Shown here: in pieces, positions 1 to 10,900 of the stretch | Position numbering within the stretch: position 1 is the stretch's first letter | Layout: every line of letters begins with the position of its first letter | From: Mobula birostris | Lineage: Eukaryota | Assembly: GCF_030028105.1 (NCBI RefSeq) | Contig: NC_092383.1 | Coordinates: 86,757,921-86,821,920, forward strand | Direction of reading: 5' to 3' | Length of the DNA: 64,000 nucleotides | Notes under the pieces: model-generated | Database searches by the model: none | What the model saw: only the letters and a program-made list of their open reading frames with translations | What the model was told of the DNA's origin: nothing | Position numbers and translations under genes: made by a program

Positions 1-257
1 GGCTATATTTCATTAGAAGTTTGAAGAGATTTGGTATGTCACCAAAGACACTGGTAAGCTTCTAAGGATGTACTGTGGAGAGCATTCTCACTGGCTGCGA
101 AACATTCTGGTAACGGGGTGGGGGGAGGATGGGTCCACTGCACAGAATCAAAATAATTTGCAGAAAGCTGTGAACTCAGTCAAATCCAACATGGGTACAG
201 GCCTCCATAGTATCCAGGACATCTTCAAGGAGCAATGCCTCAAAAAGGTGGCACCCA
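1..257 (+). mobile_element. Rex1/Babar-like LINE C-terminal fragment
   Basis: Degenerate 'RCTVESILTGC...LQKAVNS...IQDIFKEQCLKK' motif, recurring at many other sites in the window. Confidence 0.6.
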
Positions 258-3200
258 TTAAACCAAACATCACTTACTGTGCTCACACCATTGACACACA
301 AGGATTACACAAGTGTGCAGAGAAAACTCAAGTGGTGGTGGATGCCCCAAAGGCAAAATATGTGTCACAATTGCAGTCCATCTTAGGATTTGTCAATTAC
401 CATAACAGGTTCCTGCCATGTCTGGCTACTGTGCACCACCACTTAAGCTCATTTCTGCAGATCAGAAAGGAATGGCAATGGACAAAGCAGTGTGAAGTTG
501 CTTTCAAAACAGGAAAGAGAATGGTGACTCTGTAGGAAACTGTACTCACATGTTATGATCCACATCGTCCAGTGAAGCTTTCCTGTGACACTTCTCTCTA
601 TGGCATAGGTGCAATCTTTCACGTTATGAGTGAAGGAAGTGAATGCCCCATAGCCTTTGAATCACATTTCCTTACCTCTGCAGAGAAAAATTATGCTCAG
701 ATTGACAGAGAGGAATTGAGACTGGTTTGGGCATAAAATGTTTCAGCCAGTACTTGTATGGGAGAGAATTTATCCTTGTACTGATCATCAAACAATTGTT
801 ACTGATCTGACAGTATAAAAATAAAAGAGAAGTATAACATAGCAAAGACGAGTGGGAAGCCGGAGGATTGGGAAACTTTTAACAAGCAACAGAAGGTAAC
901 TAAAAAGGCAATACGCGGAGAAAAAATGAGGTATGAAGGTAAACTAGCCGAGAATATAAAGGAGGATAGTAAAAACTTCTTTAGGTATGTGAAATGGAAA
1001 AAAAATAGTTAAGACCAAAATTGGGCCCTTGAAGACAGAAGTGGGTGAATTTATTATGGGGAACAAGGAAATGGTAGACAAGTTGAACAAGTACTTTGGA
1101 TCTGTCTTCACCAGGGAAGACACAAACAATCTCCCAGATATAATAGTGGCCAAAGGACCTAGGGTAATGGATGAACTGAAGGAAATTTATATTAGGCAGG
1201 AAATGGTGTTGGATAGACTGTTGGGTCTGAAGGCTGATAAGTCCCCGGAATTTGATTGTCTGCATCCCAGGGTACTTAAGGAGGTGGCTTTAGAAATCGT
1301 GGACGCATTGGTAATCATTTTCCAATGTTCTATAGATTCAGGATCAGTTCCTGGGGACTGGAGGGTGGCTAATGTTGTCCCTCTCTTCAAGAAGGGAGGA
1401 AGGGAGAAAACAGGGAATTATAGACCAGTTAGCCTGACGTCGGTGGTGGTAAAGTTGCTGGAGTCAATTATAAAAGATGAAATTATGACACATCGGGATA
1501 GCAGTAACAGGATCGGTCCGAGTCAGCATGGATTTACGAAGGGAAAATCGTGCTTGACTAATCTTCTGGAATTTTTTGAGGATGTAACTATGAAAATGGA
1601 CAAGGGAGAGCCAGTGGATGTAGTGTACCCGGACTTTCAGAAAGCCTTTGATAAAGTCCCACATAGGAGATTAGTGGGCAAAATTAGGGCACATGGTATT
1701 GGGGGCAGAGTACTGACATGGATTGAAAATTGGCTGGCTGACAGAAAACAAAGAGTAGCGATTAATGGGTCCCTTTCGGAATGGTAGGCGGTGACCAGTG
1801 GGGTACCGCAGGGTTCAGTGCTGGGACCGCAGCTGTTTACAATATATATTAATGATTTAGATGAGGGAATTAAAAGTAACATTAGCAAATTTGCCGATGA
1901 CACAAAGCTGGGTGGCAGTGTTAAATGTGAGGAGGATGTTATGAGAATGCAGGGTGACTTGGACAGGCTGGGTGAGTGGGCAGATGCATGGCAGATGCAG
2001 TTTAATGTGGATAAATGTGAGGTTATCCACTTTGATGGTAAGAACAGGAAGGCAGATTATTATCTAAATGGAGTCAAGTTAGGAAAAGGGGAAGTACAAC
2101 GAGATCTAGGTGTTCTTGTACATTAGTCACTGAAAGCAAGCATGCAAGTACAGCAGGCAGTGAAGAAAGCTAATGGCATGCTGGCCTTCATAACAAGGGG
2201 AATTGAGTATCTGAGCAAAGAGGTCCTTCTGCAGCTGTACAGGGCCCTGGTGAGACCACACCTGGAGTATTGTGTGCAGTTTTGGTCTCCAAATTTGAGG
2301 AAGGACATTCTTGCTATTGAGGGAGTGCAGCGTAGGTTCACAAGGTTAATTCCCGGGATGGCGGGATTGTCAAATGTTGAAAGATTGGAGCGACTGGGCT
2401 TGTATACTCTGGAATTTAGAAGGCTGAGAGGGGATCTTATTGAAACATATAAGATTATTAAGGGATTGGACACGCTGGAGGCAGGGAGCATGTTCCCGCT
2501 GATGGGTGAGTCCAGAACCAGAGGCCACAGTTTAAGAATAAGGGGTAGGCCATTTAGAATGGAGCTGGGGAAAAACTTTTTCACCCAGAGAGTGGTGGAT
2601 ATATGGAATGCTCTGCCCCAGAAGGCTGTGGAGGCCAAGTCTCTGGATGCTTTCAAAAAAGAGATAGATAGAGCTCTTAAAGATAGCGGAATCAAAGGTT
2701 ATGGGGATAAGGGAGAAACTGGATACTGATTGTGGATGATCAGCCATGACCACAGTGAATGGCTGTGCTGGCTCAAAGGGCCGAATGGCCTACTCCTGCA
2801 CCCATTGTCGATTGTCTATTGTCTATTGTCAAACACTGGTGTCCATTATCAATCCACAGGACGGTGTTCCACAAACATCAGCAGCATGAATGTAGAGAGG
2901 GTCTCTGTTTCTTGGAGGACTCAATTACAAGACTGAATTCAGGAGCACAATTAAAAATGGAAATGCTGATGGATTGTCCTATTTACTGTTGGAAAAGGAA
3001 ATACTGGAATATTTACAAAGTAGGACACTCCTCAATTTATTCTCCCTTAAGCAAATTGAAAGTCTCCCTATTGTGGCAGAGATGATCCAAAGGAAAACCA
3101 AAACAAAATTCCCCCACACTGTCTCAGGTCTACATGGCCACCCAAAATGGCTGAAATGTGCAGCAGGATCTCCAGTTCCTTTTTTATACTAGCACTGGGA

Positions 3201-4417
3201 TGAAATTGCCCTTGACAGGGGTTGCCTTAGTGGGTATTGAGAGTACCATCGAAGTTGAGAGCTAAAGTGTTAGACTAGCTATATGCTAGTCATCTAGGTG
3301 AAGTCAAAATGAAAGCGTTAGCTCTAAGTTTTGTTTGGTAGTCTGGGAAAGAACATTAGACTGAGCAGGTTGCCATGCACTCTCTGGGATGCCAGCATGC
3401 CCAGAAGATGCCAAGAGCAGCCCCTCTGCCTTCCTGGGAATGGCCTGCATAGGACTAAAGAGGATCCATGTGGAGTTTGCCGAACCATTCATCAGCACAG
3501 ATTTCTTTGTAGTAGTGGATGCAGCTACAAAGTGGCCAGAAATGTTCCCAATAGTTTCCACTACAGCCTTGCACACTGTTGATGTGTTCAGAAGCCTCTT
3601 CTCAAGGAATGGTGTTCCAGAACACTTAGTCAGTGACAATGGACTACAGTTTGTGGCAATCATTCCTGAAAATGAATGGAACGACACATATTACATCTGG
3701 ACCATACCACCAAGCTACAAATGGCTTGTGGAAATGTTTGTCCAGAGCCTAAAGAAGGCACTTCAAGAAACGTCAGTAAAATACACTACACTGACACTGA
3801 ATCAGAAGCTTGCTAGTAGCACACCTCATAGCCAACAACTCACCAGCTGTGCTGCTCCTAGGTCATTACTTGTGCTCACACTTGGTTCTCCTCAAACCCA
3901 TTCTCAGAAGGAGTATGCAGGCCAAACAACGAAGACAAATTGCAGGTCCTGAGATTGTTACACAGCCGTAAATCTTACCTGACAAGCAGAGTAATCCTCC
4001 TCGTCAGGAAAGACGAGAGTATGAAATTGTGCATAGCAATTAAATCTTTAGGCCTGAATGGAACAGTTTAAAATTTACAATGCTCTGGATATCTGTATAT
4101 AGTAGTTGTCTTAAATAGTATGTGTGTAGAGAGTTGAGATGCATTCTCTATTGATTTTCAGTTTATAGCGAAGCAGGGAAGAGGGTTATGCATTTAATAT
4201 TTCAGTGATATTGTAAATATACTGTTTGTTGAAGCATTCTTGTTCACTTAAATAATTCACCATGGGTTATATGTAAAATTACATGAATTGCATACGACAT
4301 GACATGACCACCTGATATGTGCACGCCTCACTTAAAGTGAAGAACAACTAAGACTCACATCTCTTAGCTCTCTTGTTTTCCTTTGAATTACCTTAATGTT
4401 TACTGAGATACAAAACA
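258..4417 (+). mobile_element. Degenerate Ty3/Gypsy LTR retrotransposon (RT end, RNase H, integrase, PPT, 3' LTR ~4186-4417), split by a CR1 insertion
   Basis: LGFVNYHNRFLP and WQWTKQCEVAF (RT/linker); YAQIDRE (RNase H); VVVDAATKWPE...LVSDNG (integrase, ORF 3389..3952); purine tract aagcagggaagaggg precedes the LTR-like AT-rich segment. Confidence 0.8.
795..2828 (+). mobile_element. 5'-truncated CR1 LINE (ORF2 RT, with nonsense codons at 1785 and 2124)
   Basis: ORFs 1029..1787, 1791..2126 and 2142..2729 contain NYRPVSLTS, DFQKAFD, GVPQGS, FADD; (attgtct)n tail; tcaaaca occurs on both flanks. Confidence 0.93.
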
Positions 4418-4419
4418 GA

Positions 4420-5145
4420 ACAGGGAGGGTTTAAACTAATTTGGCAGGAGGATGGGAACTGGACAGATAGGGCTCTTGGTTTACAAGCAGAAGTATTAGT
4501 TAGACTTTCTGACAGTTAGACTGTCAGAAAGGACTGGCAGATGATAGGACAAAATTGTAGTCAGTGGGATGAGTTGTATTGTAAAAGGGGGACAAAATTG
4601 AAAAGGGTGACAGATTAAGGACTGAAGGTGTTATATTTGAATGAATGTACTATAGGCAATAAGGTAGATGATCTTGTAGCACAGTTAGAGTTTGGCGGGT
4701 ATGACATTATGGGCATCACTGAGTCATGGCTGAAAGAAGGAGTTGGAAGCTTAACATCCAAGGATACACATTGTATCTAAAGGACAAGGCAGGTAGGCAG
4801 AAGGCTTGGCGTGGCTCTGTTGGCAAAAAAGAGGTGACATAGAATCGGAACATGTAGAATCTTTGTGCCTAGAGTTAAGAAACCGCAAAGGTAAAAAGAC
4901 CCTGATGTGAATTATATACAGACCTCTGAACAGTAGCCAAGATGTGGAATAAAAATTACAATGGGAGGCAGAAAAGGCATGTCGAAAAGTGAATGTTACC
5001 ATAGTCATGGGGGATTTCAATACGCAGGCCAATTGGAAAAATCCAGTTGGTGTTGGTAGCCAAGAAAGAGAATTTGTAGAATGCCAATGAAATAGCTTTT
5101 CAGAGCAGTTTGTGGTTGAGCCTGATAGTGGAAAAGCAATTCTGG
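4420..5145 (+). mobile_element. CR1 fragment, endonuclease region
   Basis: Degenerate 'NKVDDLVAQ...GITESWL...YRP...MGDFN' APE-type motifs. Confidence 0.75.
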
Positions 5146-5297
5146 ACATTTCTCTCTCCCAATTTCCTTCTTTAAACTTCCTTTATCTTTTCCCCTTTCT
5201 GCATTTCTCTCTGCTCTTATCTTAAACTTCCTTCCTGCCATTCTAATGTAACCTCTCTCGCCAAAGTTCATCTCCCCACATGCCCACTGATCCAAGT

Positions 5298-5530
5298 CCG
5301 CCATGGTAGTGTAGTGATTAGTATGATGCTATTACAGCCTGGGGCGTCGGAGTTTGGGGTTCAGTTCTGGCATCCTCTGTAAGAAAATTTGTACATTCTT
5401 CCAGTGAGAAGTTGGGTTTCCTCCCACAGTCCAACGATGTAGTGGTTAGCAGGGCAATTGTTCATTGTAAATTGCCATGTAATTAGGATAAGCTTAAAAA
5501 GGTGGGTTGCTGGGTGGAATGGCTCCTATT
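5298..5530 (+). mobile_element. HE1/V-SINE-like tRNA-derived SINE
   Basis: tRNA-like head (ggtagtgtagtgattag...ggttcagttc) plus the V-domain core tttcctcccacagtccaa; related copies at ~43760-44050 (-), ~52300-52600, ~54140-54420, ~56100-56410 and ~56970-57210. Confidence 0.7.
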
Positions 5531-6060
5531 GGTAGATAGATGGATAGATAGGTAGATTCAATAACCATTCCAGTAATGGCTTTCTATGGTGTACAAACCA
5601 CTTCTCTTCGAGAACAGACCTCCCCTCCCCAGATGTATTCTGATTCATTCCCTTCTGTCGTATTCCCCAGACAATGAGTGTCCCCATCTTTCCTTGTTCT
5701 TGTACTGACCACCATGTCACATTAACACTAGTTCTTGGCTGAGGTGCTCTTCAATTATTCACCTTTAACATCCTGAATTTTTCCTGCATTGCCTCAGTTC
5801 TCTTCCTCTTCTTGTCCTTGGCTGCATGCATTATGTTCACCTTCCTTCTGAAGATCCTGCTGCAGGAAATGTTGCCAACGATAAAGCTGGTGAGACAATT
5901 TTCTTTCCGCCGTCACCGTGGTGATGCCGGAGGTTGAGAATGTCAAATTCAAGTGGATGATGTGAGGAAAAATTATTTACTTTTTATAGCTAATTCACTG
6001 CTTCAAGATTTTACAGCAAGTATGTGCAGGGACATCAAATCTGCAGGACGAATTGGACCA

Positions 6061-6616
6061 ACACTCAGTGGCCACGTTATTGGGTACAGCACAGTAGTGA
6101 AACCCGGTGAGGTCCCCTGTTGCTGTAGCCCTCCACTTCTAGGTTCGATGAGTTTATCCATTCAGGGATACTCTTCTGCACAGCACTGTTGTTATCTGTG
6201 GCTATCTGAGTTACTGTGACCTTCCTGTCAACTTGAACTAGTCTGGCCATTCGCCTCCGACCTCTCTCATTAACGAAGTGTTTATGCCCACAGAACTGCT
6301 GCACACTCCATGTTTCTTTCTCTATTATTTTTCTCACCATTCTCTGTCAACTCCGGAGATTGTTGTGTGTGAAAATCCCAGGAAATCAGCAGATTCTGAG
6401 ATACTCAAACCAATTCATCTATCACCAACAGTCATTCCATAGTCACTTAGATAACATTTCTTCTTCATTGTGATGTTTGGTTTCAGCAACAATAGAACCT
6501 CTTGACCATGTCTGCGTGCATTTGTGCATCAAGTTGCTGGCACCTGAGTAGTTGATTAGATATTTGCACTAATGTGCAAGTGTACAGGTGTACCCAATAA
6601 AGAGTCCACTGAGTGC
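6061..6616. mobile_element. Non-autonomous Tc1-like DNA transposon remnant
   Basis: Terminal inverted repeats cactcagtggccacgttattgggtac / gtacccaataaagagtccactgagtg; second copy at ~58708-59637. Confidence 0.65.
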
Positions 6617-6689
6617 AGCAAGATCACACACCACATGCTAGTAATAGCCAGACAATACTGTATATTCTCACAAGGATTATTAAGACTGC

Positions 6690-7190
6690 CTAGGGCACTG
6701 GGCATATTTCCTCTTCTCTTCTTTCAAGTGATACCAATGGAGTTTTGCCATCTGCATGTAGTGAAAACTGCCCAGCGGATTATGGCACCCAGTTGCCCAC
6801 CATTGAGAACATCTACCATAAACACTGCCTGGGTAGGGTGAAAAGCATTATCATAGATGCATCTCACCCTAACCGTAGACTTTTTACTCTCCTCCCATAC
6901 AGTAAGTGCTACAGGAGCCTCCACTTCCGCACTAGCAGGCACAGGAAGAGCTTCTTCCCTGAGGCTGTGACCCTGCTGAATCTCACATCACAGTGCTAAG
7001 CAGTATTGCACCCATATTGTACTGTCTCAGTACTTTTATATTTGTGTGCTGTAGCACTTACTTTTGATTCGCAGTTATTTTGTAAATAACACTATTCTTT
7101 GCATTTCTGGTCAGATGTTAACTGCATTTCATTGGCTTTGTATCTGTACTCGGCACAATAAAAATAAAGTTGAATCTAATCTAATCTAAT
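6690..7190 (+). mobile_element. Rex1/Babar-like LINE 3' end with (aatct)n tail
   Basis: ORF 6745..6999 (HCLGRVKSIIIDASHPNRRLFTLLP...SFFPEAVTLLN), followed by AATAAA and a microsatellite tail. Confidence 0.65.
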
Positions 7191-7585
7191 GAGAGGAGGC
7201 CCTCATCTCAGTGACAGGGAGCTCCTTGGACAGTGTTTGCAGTCTCTCAGGATAGGCACTGGATGGGGCAGCTGAGAATCTATTGCCAGGATGCTAGAGT
7301 GAGACTGGAATCTGAAATTCACTCAGAAATGAGGAAAGATAAAAGTCAGCCACTGACAACGGCAGCTCTGATCAAAAGCAAGTCAGTGGTTGTGAGGGCC
7401 TTTGCAACATCCTGAGAACGTGATTAGGGATGATGTTATTGTTTCTGTTCTCAGTCTATGTGGTATTCATTTGTATTAATGGATGAACTGGGCATACTTT
7501 TGGTACAGTGCGGTGGCTGATTAAAATATTTTTTTGGGGTCAGTTTGAATTTACCTGTTCATTTTCTGAAGAACGTCTCCCTCAG

Positions 7586-7906
7586 TTTCAGGTGCTTTAT
7601 GGGCAGAAGATAAAGTAAGAGGAGTTGCGGGAAGAGCGGTCACAATCGATTGTCACTATGCACCAATGTACCGTTCACACACAAAGTATTGGTGCCGCAT
7701 GTGGGATCGCCAGTGTACAGTTTTAGTGGAAACAAATGGGACACAAGGACAGAGTGGAAGACGGTCAATCACAGATAACCCAGGGCCGGGAATATTTACT
7801 GTTACTGTGGAGGATCTTCGCTCTGGAGATACAGGGTGGTACAGATGTGGAATTACAACATCTGGCAACAAACCAACATTTGTCGTACATCTACGAGTCT
7901 CTGACA
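7586..7906 (+). CDS. Gene A exon: V-type Ig domain (CD300/pIgR-like)
   Basis: ccctcag|TT TCA GGT GCT... to GAC A|gtaagt; 321 nt, phase 1-1; TIDCHY, KYWC-x6-C (second disulfide typical of CD300/pIgR/TREM), DTGWYRC. Confidence 0.93.
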
Positions 7907-10900
7907 GTAAGTTTCTCAACAATTGAATTTATGTCCCCCACTGAAATGTCTGATCTATGGAAGGGCCATGGCATCTCCGGTCTGCCAAGGCTCCACAACA
8001 GTGCAGAGACTTGTGAGGTGTGGGCAGGGGTCGAGAAACCTCACTCATGTTGTCTGACCCACTGACTGGCCAGTGATTTCCACTGGGAGGCTCAGCACAT
8101 TATTCTGTCTCAGAACTGTATGAAATGTCACCCTGTCAGAATTTTGCATTCAGACTAAAACTAATAATTCAACAGTAACAGATCGATAAGAAACAAGTGA
8201 TGATCATGGTCTAAATACCTCGAAAATTATAAAGAGTTAATCAGCCCCCAGAGAACAATAGACAGTGTTCAGTTCTTAGAGGGAAGGCCAGCCTGCTCCC
8301 CACCCCTTCCTCAGGGATGATTCAATTCCTCCCCCACCTTGCTGTCTCTTACACCATGCCCCCGCTCCCAGAAGATATTACTCCCTGTACTCAGGCTGCC
8401 TTCCTGAGAGGCCACAGTCAGAGTGGATCAATAATAGCATGTCCTCCTCACCAACAATAAACACAAGCACATCTCAAATGTGTGTGTTTGGTCCTCTGCT
8501 CTACACACGTGACTGTGTGGCTCAGTTCCGCTCAAATGCCATCTATAAATTTGCGGATGACACCACTGTTGTTGGTAGACGAGTAAGCATACAGGGGTGA
8601 GTTGGATCAGCTGGTTGAGTGGTGTGACAGCAATAATTTTGCACTTAACGTCAGCAAAATCAAGGAAATGATTGCGGACTTTCAGAATGGGAAGTCAGGG
8701 GAACACATACTGTCACATGTTCATCATAATAAATTTGATTCTAATTCAGATTCTTTGCATCCAGTTCACTTCTGGTGAGAAATATAATTGTAAACTGGCT
8801 CCCTGCAGCTGAGAGAGTTTGTAGCCCTGATTTTCACACCGACACATTTTTGTTATCATTACTGCTGTCCTGATCTGAAGACCTTCTATGTTCTGGGATA
8901 ATGGCAGACGTGGTAGATCGGGTAGCTAGGAGGATATAGAGACACTGAGAAGTAAATGAGCTGGTGAGATTCCAAAACGGTGAGCTCTGGCTGAGATACA
9001 AAAATGGTGAAATTAGAGAGTGATTGATTTTTGATGTTTACTCAGTGTCTAAATATTTGATCCTTTTCCGCAGAACCCGTATCTGTTCCGGTACTTGGAT
9101 TTCTGTCAGCTCCAAACGATTCACATCTTGCGGATTCAGCATCAATGTCATGTGAGTCTGTCCAGGGATCCCTTCCCATTCAATACTCATGGTATGAAAA
9201 GACACCATCTATGGATTCAAAGATCTCAAACACCAATGAACTGGATCTACATTGTCAACCTTTCAAACACCAACTCTATCAATATTACTGCAAAGCCACA
9301 AATATTCTTGGAACAAAATCCAGTGAAATGGTGAACATATCCATCTACAACAGAGGAGGGAAGTACAAGTATCTGATGGAATTGAGTCACGGGGGTAAGT
9401 TGTGGAGGGAGTGACTCCTTTGGGTGAACACTGTGGTGTAATTGAATGTGTGGTTTGTAATGAATGTTATATTCTTAGACTTGTATTTGTCTCCACCATG
9501 AAGTTTCCTGCTGAGAATGGAATGCCCTAACAGTCAGTAGCTGAGAAGTCCGTCCTTCACCAGAGAGCAATGTACCTCCAGCTCGCTCTAGCTGAATATG
9601 GTGGCTTTGTGTTTAAACTACTGACTGAGATTTTCTCATCTTTGAGAAGCAGTAAATAACCAAATATGCTCTTTCTAGATCTGTAAACATTTTCCTGTAG
9701 TGTATTTATTCTATAGAAAATAGGCAATCTAAAAAGCCTCTAGAAACCTCATGCAGTTAGTATAAGAACTCAAGATACTTGCAGTAGCAGGCCATTTCGT
9801 CTCTTATTTGAAGGACTGATCTATCTCAGGTTTCAACTCTTCTTCCCACAGTTCTCCATTCTTTGTCTATAAAAATGATTATCTACTTTCTCTTTAAGTA
9901 CCCCCTTTGATTCAGCATCACAACCTCCCATGTGGAGAATTCCAGAGATTGTGAACAAGTTCCTAAGCACCTCAGTTTTGAATCACCATCTCCTTGTGAT
10001 GAGAGTCCTTGATGTGGATGAATTGGACCCATATACTGGGATATCTGGAAGAAGGTTTGGATCTGAGCTCAAAACAAACACTAGACAAAATCACTTGTAG
10101 GCTTATGATTGAACACCGAACCTCATTTCAGCTGTTCCTTGAACACTCAATCCTTGGTGCCCAGAATATGATTGGCAATAACTGGGTCAGTCCTGAATCT
10201 TTAAAGGGGCCACACCACCTATCCACACTCTGGGGAGTTAGAGCTCCTAAACCTCGGAAGCTGGCACAGATGGGTGTGTTGTAATCTTAACCTTGTTAAT
10301 ATGTTACAGATCCTCTAACAAATGTAAACACTTTGGCATCTTCTCTGTGACGCCCCTAAGGATCTTCCCCAGCAACACTGGTGTTCAGTAATGCACAGGA
10401 AATATGTGTGAAGGCAATCATTTTTCACTCAAGGCATGAGTTTCCACTTGTCAATCATGTACTCCTGCTTGGGTGCATTTGGAAAACACGTGAGACTGAA
10501 TTTTCTTTCCTTGTTTCAACAGGACGTGAATATTCATGTGAAACATTTACAACAGCGTCAACTGCAAGGTAAACCACTTGATCCAGTTTTGCTGAGAGTA
10601 CAATGTTCTCATTGCTGGTGCTATGATTGACCCTTTCTAATATTATGCTGTCTCTCTGTGATCAATCATTTTGAATCTTCTCTTCTTCTTGCACACTTTA
10701 TCTACCAAATCTCTATGCCCAGCCACTCAACATCTGTTTTTTTCCTTAATGCATTAACTTGTTTTTCTTATCAGGATAAAGTGCATTTTATTGTTGTCAC
10801 TTCTTTTTGCCTTTCATAAATGCTCTAGTTAATTTATCTCACATTTGCTTCAATTTGCAAAGACTTTTATTGGCTTTTAGATGTGTTATGAAATTGTTGA

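Noticed and set aside
68-535. 155-aa ORF as a host gene
   Set aside because: It is a chance in-frame fusion of a Rex-like LINE fragment and a Gypsy RT fragment.
2123-2695. Long antisense ORFs over CR1 copies (also 22941-23432, 24210-25088, 34396-34800, 38399-38881)
   Set aside because: These are recurrent antisense shadows of CR1 ORF2 coding bias, not independent genes.
7430-7486. Hydrophobic mini-ORF MMLLFLFSVYVVFICING* just upstream of gene A's V exon as a possible leader
   Set aside because: It does not resemble the family leader (MW..I.LI.FLP|gtgagt); only a weak phase-1 donor (T|gtatta) is available; the homologous sequence before V2 (~39921) is frameshifted and non-hydrophobic, so it looks intronic. 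Not fully excluded without 5'RACE.
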